A DNA stretch of 64,000 nucleotides. It comes from Lytechinus pictus (Eukaryota). The stretch's first letter is position 1; the number at the start of each line of letters is the position of its first letter. A model generated the notes under the pieces. The model was not told where the DNA came from, ran no database searches, and saw only the letters and a list, made by a program, of their open reading frames with translations. Shown piece after piece: positions 46,944 to 60,140 of this stretch. The position numbers and the translations under genes are program-made. The DNA lies in assembly GCF_037042905.1 (NCBI RefSeq), contig NC_087245.1, positions 15,688,001-15,752,000 on the forward strand, read 5' to 3'.

Positions 46944-49240
46944 ATCTCTTCTCTGTGGCTTTATAATATATACCTCCTCGTGTTTGCCCAAATATATTTC
47001 TGAGCGTACGATATGTCACTTCTAATTGTAGCAGCACATTACTAAAGGAAACATTCGATGCTTACATATGCGTTTAAAGTATATTTTTACTGTTGTGGCA
47101 TAGTTGATCTAACCTTTTTGACACTGCGTGTTAAATTAGAAAATATAAATTCATTTCACCCCTCGAAACAAGATATTAGCTGTAAGTTCATGTTCTGTAG
47201 CAAATAAAGGCAATGCTTGTTTTGGGAACAAGAAAATAATCCTCGTATGATGAGCTGTGTCAAAATACCTTTTCGTGTATTTTTCTGGGTGGATACATTG
47301 CGTACGTTGTGTTGCAGCTCTTCTTCGACGACCTTGTTTCATATTTAATTTTAACATCTCATTTGCATCATCGCAAAGGGTATTTTGACTTGGACTTGAG
47401 CACCAATAAATAGTTTGGTGTTAGTCTTCTACTGAAAAAGGTATTTTCTTGTGATTACCTGAATCATGCTGAAAACTTCTACTCAAATAGCATTGATCGA
47501 TTTTTAGCGTGTTTAACAGTTTAAGGTGGTAAATTAGCAGTATTGAGGTAATTTTCAGTTTGAAAAAGAAGAACTTGTGAAACCTATTTATAAAGTCGCA
47601 AACGTCAGACAGCTAAAATATGCGTACTCTCTCACTTCACATCTACGAAAACTAACTTTGTGAAGCATAATATAATTGCAATCGTAAGACTTTCAAAAGA
47701 TGTATCATGTACCTTCTTACTTTACATCAGCGAGAACCAAACTTTAATGGGGACCTTTAAACGTGCTTTTTGCTGCCAGAAAGTTGTGAAAATTAGTGAG
47801 TTTTATAATTGAGGTAAGTTGCATGGTTTGGGCCTACAAAGAACTGGAGTGTATAAATGTCCCCTCTATTACACAATACACCCTTTAATTGCTAAGCTGT
47901 ACTTTGAATGTCACTACATATGACTATAATGAATGTTCAATACTTCATCCATAATATTAATTTTCATTTTTCAAATATCAATACATGACTACAGACAATG
48001 TAATTATATGAAAACTTTTAGTTCTTTTAATTTTGTTCGAGTTTGGACCGACGAAGGAGGTTGAAAAATCACTCGCTATTCTCTGAAGTGAAATATATTG
48101 TTCTATTTTCCCACGTTTTCCATGTTTATATTATAATTGGTAATGAAGAACGACACAGAATCACTGAATCTTGATTCCTTTCTATATTCGCCATAAACAT
48201 GACAAATGTGACGATTGATGATGTATTGATGGCATATACTTCAGCGAGGTAAATAGATGGAATTTAGAAATGAAATTTTGAATTTTGATTAATACGTAAA
48301 CGCTTTCAAAGATGGAAAATACCATATCAAGACTTTTTTTAACAATGTTGAAATATAGTCCAACTCGGATTCCTAAAACTACCATTCCCATCTTTCGATT
48401 AAGTAGGAGAGATTTCGAAGAAGATTTAAAAAAAACATACAGTCACAGGGTTCTCCAGTCAACCGAAGAAACACTTAAGTGTCTTATTAATACTTCTGAT
48501 GGCAATATTGGTACCAAAAATTTGAAATGCCCTTAAAAATACATTCTACAATAAGATTCAATCGATCAAACTTTGCCGTTTTACATTTTCCTGAACGACT
48601 CATATGTCGTCTACCTTTACAAATGAGAAACTGAACACCTAAAACATTGCCATGGAGTTTTGCTACGTGCCGGCTAAAAGCCATGCATGTTTTCAGAAAA
48701 GGAACTTGAGAAATTGGCAATCGAATAGGATTTATTGATTCTTGTTTTGTAGCATGAAATCTGAGAGAGGAACATATATATGGTGGTGAGCTGGTGGCAA
48801 ATTCCTAACAGTACCAGCGGGATATTGCGATGTATTTTTAAAGTAAAAGTGATAAAGAAATTAATGAAAATATAAGTTTTCAAAAGAAATAGATCACAGG
48901 CCAAGGGAATAATCCAATATTGTCCGAGAAATAGAAAATCGACAGATTTTCAGATTTCATTTTTTTTAAACAAATCAAAGGAAGTTTAAATAACAGGGAA
49001 AGATCAAATTATAAAAAAAAATGTCCGTCTAAAAAGGATAAGTACCATGTGTTACGATATTAAACAAAATTAATATGCAACAACAAAAAAGTTAGATTCT
49101 AAATTTGATTTTTTTTATTACAGGTAAACAAAGGTAAATAAAATAAGACATTATCTTACATATCTTGAAGAGTCAGTTCTGATTAATCCACAATTATGAT
49201 AATCCAAATGATTCGAATTGGCTGGCAATGAGTTCCTTAA

Positions 49241-49635
49241 AGATAAATGCCAGTTGTGGTAACGATCTCAAAATGACTTTTTACAGAATCTAATATAATG
49301 ATCACCCAAGTGTATGTTTGTATGAATAAAAAATATGTGCCGAAAGATTCTGGAAGAAATTGTGTAATTGCTGAGAAATAAGCAGAATAAGCGCGGATTC
49401 GGGCACTTCCGTCGGGTCTTATTTCAAGCAATATACTATACACTGTCCCACGTGTGTCTATCTGTGTTGGCGATCTTCAGTGTGATTGTTTTTCAGCTTA
49501 GATTTTATGATTTCACAAAGTTCAGTCAATGTAACTGTACCGGATCGAGATCGATGATGATATAGTAATACTTAACCTTAGTCTACAGACTTTCTCACGA
49601 AATCAGTGTTTTACTGCAACTACTGTCATTTAGCT
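49241..49635. mobile_element. Kolobok-like MITE with TTAA target duplication
   Basis: TTAA|AGATAAATGCCAGTTGTGG...GCAACTACTGTCATTTAGCT|TTAA. Confidence 0.8.
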
Positions 49636-50783
49636 TTAAGCTAAAGTCCACAAAGCTGGCGATGATGAAATTGATGTTGAAATGCGGTGGAAAATTAGAG
49701 TCACTGCAGTTAGTCGAAGTGTCCGTAAGACTGATAAACAGTCGATTTCAGTAAAACATGGTTTGACAAATGTTCTTTAAAACAGGTTGATGATCTCGAT
49801 AAATAATGAGAATTCCTCTCTAAAAAACTGCAAACAGTTCATTGATGTTGTGCAAATATTTTCACACAAATTAATGTTGTATTCCAGGTGAAGTTAAACT
49901 ATGCTCTGACATGAAGTCTAGCCTGAAACTCTGAGTTCAGATCTGATGAAGAAACTGCCAGCTTATATACAAATTTGCACTATTCTGGAAGCTTGTAGTA
50001 TTGTCTTTAAAAAGAACATTCTGCTTTATTCGAGAGCAGTCCAATTTTACTTGTTCTAGAAGACTCTTCAATGACCTCAGTGAAATTAACAATGTAAACA
50101 ACATAGCTAATCATATTGTCCTTTTTTCCTCACTAGTAGTCTCTATTGTCTGCCAAGATTGTACATTACAAAACTACCAGACATTACTCTGCCTCATGTA
50201 ATATGCGTAATATTAATAGCAAAACTTAACTGAGGCATTCTGGAATATTCTCTACTCACATTATCCTGAAAGAAAAAATAACTAAATGAATGAATGTAAT
50301 ATCCATTACAATTCCTGTTATAATATTATAAAACAGGAAAGTTATGGAATTTGTACCACAAGATATTGTTTGCGCTCGATAATTAAAGGAGAACTAATTG
50401 TGAGAAGGGAAAGATTGACTATTGTAAGTTTCCAAATAGTTTCATATTTTCAAAGCACAATATGGTAGATTTACTGAAAGACAAATACAGCCAAATACAG
50501 CTGAAAATATATAATGCAGAACATTTATGTGGAGCCCTTTACATGTTGTTTTGTGTAGTTTATGTGACTCAAAGAAAAATAGAGTTCGGCCCGATTTCTT
50601 GTCATAGACTATATTTATCCGTGTTTACGTTATGATTATTTTATGGACAATTTCTTCCCCAATTTTACTTAAAGAGAACCTATATTTAACTATGGGTATG
50701 ATTAGAAAGTAGACATCATGCTCCTACATGGGCTTTAAAAATTGTAATTTTTTATGAAAATAAATACGAAGTTGGACAATGAA

Positions 50784-50991
50784 CACTGCAAAAACGCTTT
50801 TTAAATTTTTAAGCACGTTGTTTAAGGCCGTCAATCTGGCAACTATTGTTTGAACTTAGTAAACAACTCTTTAAACTTTTTAAACAAGTTGTTTTAAAAG
50901 TTTAAACAATTACACCAAACAAAAAATAAACAAGTTGTTGTTAGAGTGACCGGCTTAAACAATGTGCTTTTTTTCTTTCTTTTTTTACTGT
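50784..50991. mobile_element. Palindromic CACTG-type MITE
   Basis: CACTGCAAAAA..AGCACGTTGTTTAAGGCCGTCA pairs with TGACCGGCTTAAACAATGTGCT..TTTTTACTGTG; internal TTTAAAC repeats. Confidence 0.6.
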
Positions 50992-52459
50992 GAATGAACC
51001 GTTTATGATTCATCACAATAAACGGTTCATTATTCATATAACCCAATGGTTTGATAAACAAAATATAAACATTTAGTCTAATATTGCAAAATACCAATAG
51101 TAGACGATGTATATCGTATACCTGAATGAAAGGGAGCACTGGATATGCCCCTCAGTCGCTTCTTTAGAGTTATAATGGAAACTAACTATACCGTCCTTCC
51201 AGTATCATTCCATTTATAGATGAGATGAAATCCAATAACCGAAGTGCACGGATATAGTTGTCATTATTACTTTGCAAAAGTGCATGAGCATAATGGGCTT
51301 CAAACGTTAATCGTTTTGTAGATATGTCCTCATAGTTTAATTTCATTGATATGCTTACGTATACAAATATTTATGACGATTTTAAAATATTTTCATGAGT
51401 ATTCCATTTATCATAAATAAATATACATTAATATAATATATAAATATGAATATACACGCATATGCTAGCTATAACATAATTTTATACCTATTTATAATGT
51501 TGTGTAGCAAAATGTGCCAATTTTTTTCTCATTATTTCCTAATGGATATAAGTTTGATAACTGCAAAAATACCTGATTGTGCACTTGCTTGAGGGAAAAC
51601 AAAAGACTAGGGATCGTCGATAAAATATTCCACTTTCATTTAATTTGAAAATCGGCGAAAGAGTCACCCATGCATAAGAACATCACAATCCAATACAGTT
51701 TGGTTTGTCATGTTTGTATATGTGTGTATGATTGGGAGGGGGGGGGGGGGTATCCATCTGCAGGTGCCTTAGAAGGTTTAAGTACGAGCATGTGAGAGGG
51801 TGTGGGTGATGGTGAGGGTGGATGTGTGCGTATTTATGTGTATAGATGTTAGCGTTGGTTAAGCAATGTGCAATCGTAATGGCAAACTATTAACTGGACT
51901 TTTATATTGTAGATTCATCAAATCAAGATTGTTGTTTCATTATAGCATGCTTTTTTTCCCCAAGCAAGAATGACAGCGGCGATCACAGGAAACACCGATT
52001 GAAAGTATGTCGATCATTGCCTCATTTACCCGTTCAGTGAACTCGTATTTATCCCCAAGTGTTTGGGAGATACTATCGTAATATGAAACCGAAATTTGAT
52101 CAATTAAAGGCTGGTTATAAATATATATGCTTTTGATTAATCGGGGCATTCTACATGTTTTATATAGATCAAAATCATGATCCGATGAGTTTCGAGGAAA
52201 ATATATTTCCTCTCCACGACAACTAAGGGAAGGAGACGAAAATGATTAATTATTGATATCTTCTGGTGGTTATCATCGGTAGTTTACGCTACATGATGTG
52301 ATAAATGATTATATTCGTTCATTCATTTGCTGATGAAATTATTTATTGTAAAAAAAACTATCACTATAAGATTCCGATTCAGATTTTGTAAAAAATAAAG
52401 CCAAATTTTGATTTCGCCATGTGCGTTGTTTGATAATGATCAGATCGTGTGAGTGAGAT

Positions 52460-53571
52460 GAATTGAATTGAATTGAATTGAATTGAATGTATTTATTGTC
52501 CTGTGTAGGAAATTCATTTCACATCGGGTTTACAAAATTACAAATACATATGCACATAGACAGAATGAAATAGACTTACAATACCGTGGGATTACATACA
52601 CAAACAAAATGCCGTATACGTTATTTCAAATATAATAGAAAAAAAGTACAATTGCATATGTATAAATTGATTAATTATTCAAATATTAATTGGTTTGTGA
52701 TTCCATCTCCAGCCCGAATACGTAGGGGGGGGGTGGAACGAGTTTTGCGAGACAGTAAATTAAAGGTGAGTATTAAAAGGGGCGGGGTTCACAGTAAGCT
52801 AAGTGCAATTCCCCATTCTATCTGACAACTGTACTATTGAACACATGTTGAGAATTGGGGACGAATGACTGCCTAAAACGTACTCTGTTAGTACGGGAGA
52901 CACAGAGGCGTACACCAGACCTATTGAAGTTATAATAGCAGTGTAGAGGGTGAGATGGATCTTTTAAGATAGCCTCAACTTTAGCCAGTAATCTCTCGTT
53001 GTACAGAATTTCAATTGGGGGTAATTCAAGACCGATTATTTTCTGGGCAATTTTCCGTGGGCGTTCAAGCTTCTCTTTGTTCGATTTAGTAAGGTTGCTA
53101 TAGAAGCAAATTATATTGAACATTACAACTGACTGGATAATAGACTTGTAAAACAGGGACAAAATCGACCTATCCAAATGGAGCTTTTTGAGTTGGCGAA
53201 TGAAAAAGAGTCTTTGATTTGCCTTCTTTTGAATTGAGATTGTGTTTTCAGTCCAGTCAAGAGTATTCGTGATTGTGGTACCAAGGTACTTGTATTTCTT
53301 GACCTGTTCAATGGGCTTTCCATGTATTTCGAGTGGCATGTGCTCAGTAACATTTCTTCTAAAGTCAATGATTATTTCTTTTGTTTTTCCTACATTTAAA
53401 AGCAAATGATGAGTGTCACACCATTTGACGAAATGTGATACTTCAGAGAAATAGCAGTTTGCATCCACGGAAAGGAACCCAGATATTACGGTATCATCAG
53501 CGTACTTAATAATCAAACATTCATTATTTGTGCTAACACAGTCGCTTGTATATATTGAGAACAGAGCTGGG
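52460..53571 (-). mobile_element. 5'-truncated Rex1/Babar-like LINE with open RT C-terminal frame (52818-53576)
   Basis: SPALFSIYTSDC, IIKYADDTVISG, LLNVGKTKEIIIDFRR, YKYLGTTI, KKANQRLFFIRQLK, ILKDPSHPLH, RTNRVRFRQSFVP. The 3' end on the minus strand is AATAAA plus (ATTCA)n. GAGAT direct repeats flank it at 52455-52459 and 53572-53576. Confidence 0.9.
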
Positions 53572-56500
53572 GAGATAAAGAGAAATGGGGATTGGAAGGA
53601 CACACCAATACAGAGAGAGAGAGAGAGAAAGAGATGGGGTGGGTGGAAGGTGGTGCGTAATAAAAAAGTAATATATAATTTTAATCAATGAATAAAAAGT
53701 AAAAAATAAGAATGAATGCCCGTTCATAGTCACACTGTCAATAAGATGTGGGCAAATGGGTCAGAACATAAGCATAAAGGTACCACCGACTTTCCCATCA
53801 CGATCAACCATAATCGTCATTATCAGAAAATATGATCATTGTAATATGAAGTGACTGTTATTTTCTTATGAATACACACTGCCTGTGAATGAATACTGTT
53901 TTAACGAGAAATACTACCTTTTAATGGAGTTGACATGAAATCAGGGGTGCTACATTACTGCCAGTTCAGATGAGATGTTGAGACAGGTGTATTTCTTTTT
54001 CTGCTGCTCATCCTTATACATGTTATGTCCAATTTTTCCATAACAAGGATTAATACCAAGTTGTGATTTTCGAGCAGAGTTAACTCTTTTAATACATTTA
54101 TAAGTTAAAAGCGTTTCCTGTTTTTTTAATATATTATCATCACACTTGTTTTTGAAATTATGATATTTCAAACTGCTGCCACATTTTTTTTTCATTACAG
54201 GAAGTGAATGTTGTATTTCTCCCAAGACAAATTGGGCCAATCTGATTTCGGATTTTCCCAATTTCTTAAACATGAGTGTTAAAGTTGAACAGGACCTTAC
54301 CACTTCAATGATTAAAAATCAATCGGAGTGAATCTCAAATAGGTCAAACATTACTTTTAAATTAATGAATAAGTAAAGTTATATACATCAACGCATAAAT
54401 AAATGGACAAACAAAAATAATGAACAAGAGGGTGGATAGATATGTAAACATAGAACAAAGGCAGACTCGACCTAATTTTATTCTTTTCCATGGCTGAATT
54501 TCCCGATTTCAATTGCCCTATCGCCTATTCAGCTGTATTCACGTGGGATATATAATGTACCCTACAAAGGGCAAGGTACGATCATGACCATAAACCCTAC
54601 AGATATTCTGGGACGGCCAAATTAACAGTTCCACTGGTCCCATTCACTCCTAATTGCCACACTCTCGATCCACCCCTAAACCATAAATATGTCAGTCTAG
54701 AAGGCTTTCTTTTAAGTCTGCCACTGAATGTTATGGACAGGTGCGTTATCCTGGGAGTGGTAAGGTACTGCTTATGTTTAATGGCCACCAGAGTGTTTTC
54801 AGAAAACAAGGAGTTTCGTAACGCATAAAATGCGTCTATTGGCTCAACACAGTAGTAAAGAGATCGAAAGTGGACGGTATCATGCAGGGTAGTTTCCTTT
54901 TATTTTCTTTCTCATTTTCAAATGTTTTGGGGTGATGAAAAAAAATGATAATTTTGGACAGGAACCAAAATAAAGGCGCCTCGGAGGGGGGGGGGGGGGT
55001 TCGGGGAGGTGCTGAAAGGCAACCCCCTTTTCATAAGTCGTCTATGGCCCTAAATGACTGAAATGATTCGGACGTTTATTCTGCATATCAGATACGCACG
55101 TACCCACACCCTCCCTCACCCACAAACGCCCTCTTCCAAAAACACACACATCCGTCATATACCACGATACCTTCTATCACACACACTTGCCTTTCCTTAA
55201 AAAATCAACACAACCCACACTCACACAATTAAAGTGCAGACACAACAAAGTTTTACACACCCTCCTCACACACACACATACCCACCCAGCCCCACACATT
55301 CGCACACAACGCCATCGTTCACGCTTGCTCCAGTCAAAAATAAGAAACCACCCCGGTCGCAGCAATTGTTTTTATATTTTATTTTATTTATTTATTTATA
55401 TATTTGTTTATTCATCTATTTATTTATTAATTCTTTTTTTTTCGGGGGGGCGGGTCAAACTTAATGTGAGTTCTTGTGTAAAAAGCATATGAACAGAAAT
55501 TAATGATATATTCTTTTTATCTTACCTGTTTTCAATTCATTTGTTATGCCTATATATTTCAACTTATTGGGAAAAAAGGGTTTTAGAAGTTTTTTTCTAC
55601 CTTTAAACTAATTTTTGATCGAGTTCTGAAAGGTGAAATGCCAAACGACGACGTTATAATTTGGTCATGTTGGTGTGATGGGTATTGAATCAGTCCCTGC
55701 ACCACTCCACTCACTGACTGTTCTATGAATGTATACATATATTTCTGCTGGTAATTCAAAAAGGAAAAAAAAAACGGCCCGGAACTGTTTAAGCCTAAAA
55801 AGTTCAAAAAATAAAAATTATAAACAAAACCACCTGACAATAACTACCAAATATCACAAGAACAGAAAATATAGACAGCAATCAATACTACAGGTTGATT
55901 TAAGGGTCTTTGAAGGGTTTCATTGCGGCTTTTTGTACATACGTATAAAGGTTTAGACCTCCTCCCCACCCTTTCATCTGGAAAAATCTTGGATTTTGCA
56001 TTTTAAAAATATCAAATCATCGACACCACTTCGGTACGAGATCAGAGAGCGAAAAGTTTAGGAAGTCATCTGTAGCTTCTTGGATTACAGTTCACTTTTT
56101 TATTCATTTATCTATTTATTCTTTTCATTCAATTTCTTATTTCATTCATTATTTGCTGGGGTGGAGAAGGTACTTAATTTTATTATAGAGACACAATATG
56201 AACATGACATTGAGGTAATAGGACTTATTTCTCTGGGTGCAAGAACATGTGACAATTGGCTTTAATTGCAGAGAATACCTCTCGCCCTCAGAGTAGCAGA
56301 AAAACCCATTTCAATAAAAGACAACCGATTCTATCTGAGTGATGATGTGATTTAAATTGAGCTTATGTGCGGATAGATCGATCGCTTCCGAAAATCGTGA
56401 GTGTAAAACGTAATAAATGAATGCAGAAAGTAGATACAATGGAGCATTCTTAATGCATTTATCTTCGGGCTTCAAGGTTTGAATGGAAGTTGAGATGAAT

Positions 56501-57262
56501 CACATGAACCTAATAGCCTGTAGCTTTAATGTGCTTCATCAACAAGGATGAATGAATAAAAGAAAACCTAAGTAGTTAACCGATTGAATCTTGTTTCCTC
56601 TGTTTTATATTTAATGTTGTTTTGAGGTTTATTTAAAAAGATGCATCGTCATGGTCATCCAACTATTATGGTCATCCAATTATTCAAAGTTGTCCATTCT
56701 GATTGCTGGCATGACCATACAGTATGATAGAGTATAGCTTAAGGTTAAGTCAACTGAGATAACACACATATAATATCTTGCCAGATGCTCATGTGCTTTA
56801 ATAAGTCTTTACATAAACATTTTCAGTTTTCTTAAAAAAGGGAAATATCTTTTTTTAAATCGAAAATTCATCATAGCTATTCTTTTCTTTATTCAAAAAT
56901 ATAAATGATTAGCTTTGGATTCGAACTCTACAATATTTCGTTTCTTGGCAAATATTGCGGTATCAATGTTATTCGAGAGTAGCAGAAAACAATTTATCAT
57001 TGTAGTTCTAAATGAACTAAATGTTACATACTGGGTAAAAAAATCCAAAAATTAATGATCAATTTGAGGTCTTGAGCTTGTGCTGTTTAAAGAGGCAGTG
57101 GCATGTTGGCTTTAAAGAGTGTTAGATGAACTATTGTTGAATAAAACCCACACAGAATTGCAGATTTTCGAAAGGTTTCGGCAAACGATATAGATACGCA
57201 ATGATAAATCAAGAGCTGAGACCAGGCAGGAACCCATTCTGATGTTGGCCTAGAATAATTGT

Positions 57263-57626
57263 GGAGGAGCCGTGGTGTAGTGGTTCTGACTCTCGCCTTG
57301 TAAACAGAGGGTCGTGTGTTCGAATCCCACCGCGGTCTGGCATCCTTTGGCAAGGCGTTAATCCACACTTTGCCACTCTCGACCCAGGTGCTAAATGGGT
57401 ACCCGGTAGGATGTGAAAGTCATTGTAGCTTGTCCAGTACTGTGTGCGCCTCACAGGCGACTGACTGGAATACTCCCCAGGGAGTGGAGGATGTGCACAC
57501 ATTGTGTGTGGGAGTGACTGATTGAATCCGATGACCGGGGTAATAATATATCTGTATAGCGATTAGACACGTCGTTCCGATGTATTGAGCGCTTTATAAA
57601 AGCGGATTATTATTGTTATTATTATT
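57263..57626 (+). mobile_element. Full-length tRNA-derived SINE with L2-type tail
   Basis: A box TGGTGTAGTGG, B box GTTCGAATCC, central ACCCAGGTGCTAAATGGGTACC motif, 3' GAGCGCTTTATAAA followed by (TAT)n; 7-bp TSD TAATTGT at 57256-57262 and 57627-57633. Confidence 0.9.
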
Positions 57627-59369
57627 TAATTGTTCAGATTGTTCGACTTCATTCAATATGGTATTTATCTTCTTATAACTTCCCGTAAACATATAAGTAC
57701 CAATCATGTGGTTGATAAGTAAGTACAATTCATGATTTAGTTGAATCTTCGAACAAGAACACCCCCTCGGCACTGTGCACGTCGACCACAATCGATGAAT
57801 AATCCATGACTAATACTTTTGCTGAAGATGCTCCTGGAGGTTTAGTATTCAGATTATCCGGTGACCATGACTATTTTTCACGCAATTAAATTTCATATAA
57901 CCGCGCAAGAATGACCTTGGATGTTACGTCACTCTTTCTTTATCTACGAACCATGCCGAACTTGATGGAAGTTCATAACTTCCACACATCGAGCTTAAGG
58001 ATGGAGAAGGAAATGATCCTCTTCTGTCACCATTCATTCCTCAACATGCGTGTAAGATACCACTGGCAAATCTCTTAGTTCCTTCATCTGACCAAAAGTT
58101 GCAAGAATTTAGAGCCGGTAAACATCATCATATGTAAAAGTTGCGAATGAAACTTCCGCGCTTCGTGCAGCAGGGAGCACGGACCCCCCTGCAGCATGCT
58201 CACTATTCATGTAACGTAAAGTAAATCGTAATACAAAAGCTGTTATGGAATACGATTCTATGAATGTATCAAATTTTACTCAATGAGACCCTTCTCTTTC
58301 TTTTAACTTTCATGCACACGACCTCGGCATGTCTAGAGATCCTGCACTCTTGAGCTTAGTGAGTGATTCACACTTTATTATTCGGTGCACCTAAAGCGTT
58401 GACCTATGGTACGCCACTGCCGCAGAGTATACCCGAAAGCTTAAATATTCACGAGATAGGGTTTTTTTAGAAAGGGCTAGGGTTTTTTGATAATTATACT
58501 CGATAGTTGTAATCGGCCATGATGTCTAAATCGCTGAATGAATAAATGTGATATTTTCAAATATAATACAAACCGTCAAATACAGCCAACTGAATTATCT
58601 TATACATGTTATAAAGGATCCGTATAACGTTATACATGTACCGAAGTTTTACCGAGCTTGTTTTGATTAGGGATTTGACTAAAGATTTAGAATGTTCATT
58701 TTGACGACAAAGTTGTCTTGCATGTCTAAGGTACTTCACTTGCTTTGGCTTTCAACAAGCCATAACTCGTGACAACAAATAAAAACAGTAAGTTTCACGA
58801 ACGTCATAGAACGTCGACTGTACTTATAGGGCAACATCTTCTAAAATAAGAAAGTTTACCGGGAAATCTCGTATACGATGATAATGTGGATAACAATATT
58901 TATTGCAAAACACTTCATGCTGGGATAATTGTAAGGCGTGCCTAACATACATTATTACCACATGCTGCGTCACCTAGGCAAACAAATAATTATTGAATGT
59001 GGTTTGATTGTTTTCCTGTCAGGATGAGAATTTAACAACATATCTTGAATGATGATGTGTTTGACTTGTGAGCCGTGAATAATATAGAATATGCTTCTAG
59101 CACATAGAGAGGGCCTCGTCAAATGATGATGAACTTTGCTCAATGCTCTTGAATGAATAGCCGATGAGATCGACTGTTGTGCCTTGCTTAAGGTGCCCCT
59201 GGCGATGTTAAAAAAGACCTATGCTATTTCCAATAGGGGCCGGAAGCAGTGCGGGATTGGGAAAGAGAGGAAATATCTATCTCTCCATTTATCTGTTTGG
59301 TTATTGATTCATCTTTATACAAATAAAGTTCAATTCCTGTTAAACATGTCCATCGTGTTTAATGGATAT

Positions 59370-59696
59370 AAAAGCCCCACGTTCACGAAGATGTTTAAAA
59401 ACCTCAACGTAACCATGACAAAACAATACTCCTCAACTACCCCTGATTACAAATATATTACTATACTTCGTCTTATTGCTATACTTGGTCTTACATTGCT
59501 GTGGGATTAGGCCCACTTGTTATTTTGACTACCAACTTCAACTGATTGTGTATTTTTTTTCTTGTCAATTTGTTCAATTTCTGTGTATTTATTAATTTCA
59601 TTTTCTGTATTTTATAAGTAGTTAATTGTGCGTCTTGAGTGTCATCGACAGATATGTGTGCTATACAAATCTTAAATTATTATTATTATTATTATT
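59370..59696 (+). mobile_element. Old L2-like 3' end remnant
   Basis: GCGTCTTGAG..GATATGTGTGCTATACAAAT followed by a (TAT)n tail. Confidence 0.45.
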
Positions 59697-59944
59697 GCAT
59701 GTACATCAGATTTCAATCAGAACTCGTTAGTTACTAAATGGACATGAGTTGAATAACTAGATTCGTGATGGCATGTGGATAAGAGTGAGCTAAATTGGAT
59801 TTCTATTTAGCCAAATAAGATCATAAACGTCTTGGGATGATATGTGACGTCACCTTTCGAAACTCAACTGCTCTAACCTCGAATCTCTGCATAGCTTTGT
59901 ATTTTTAATTTGTAGATGGACTATTGTTACATAGTTGAAACTAT

Positions 59945-60140
59945 AAAAAGGTTTACCCAGTATTGGGTAAAATGGGAACATGAATGTTGGTTGGGTAAAA
60001 ATATATCTAATATTTTGTAAAAATTTACACAATGTTGCGTTCAAATAGCCCAATATTGGGTAAACTATTACATGTACTCAGCAAACATGCCTGTTCCCTT
60101 TCTATCCGATATTGGGTAAAACTTCAATGTTTTTAGAGTG
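59945..60140. mobile_element. MITE remnant with repeated CCCAATATTGGGTAAA palindromes
   Basis: The motif occurs three times (~59955, ~60050, ~60107); ends TTTTTAGAGTG. Confidence 0.5.

Noticed and set aside
57263..57335. Possible tRNA gene
   Set aside because: A and B boxes are present, but the sequence continues into a SINE body with tail and TSD, and no proper cloverleaf or Pol III terminator is evident.
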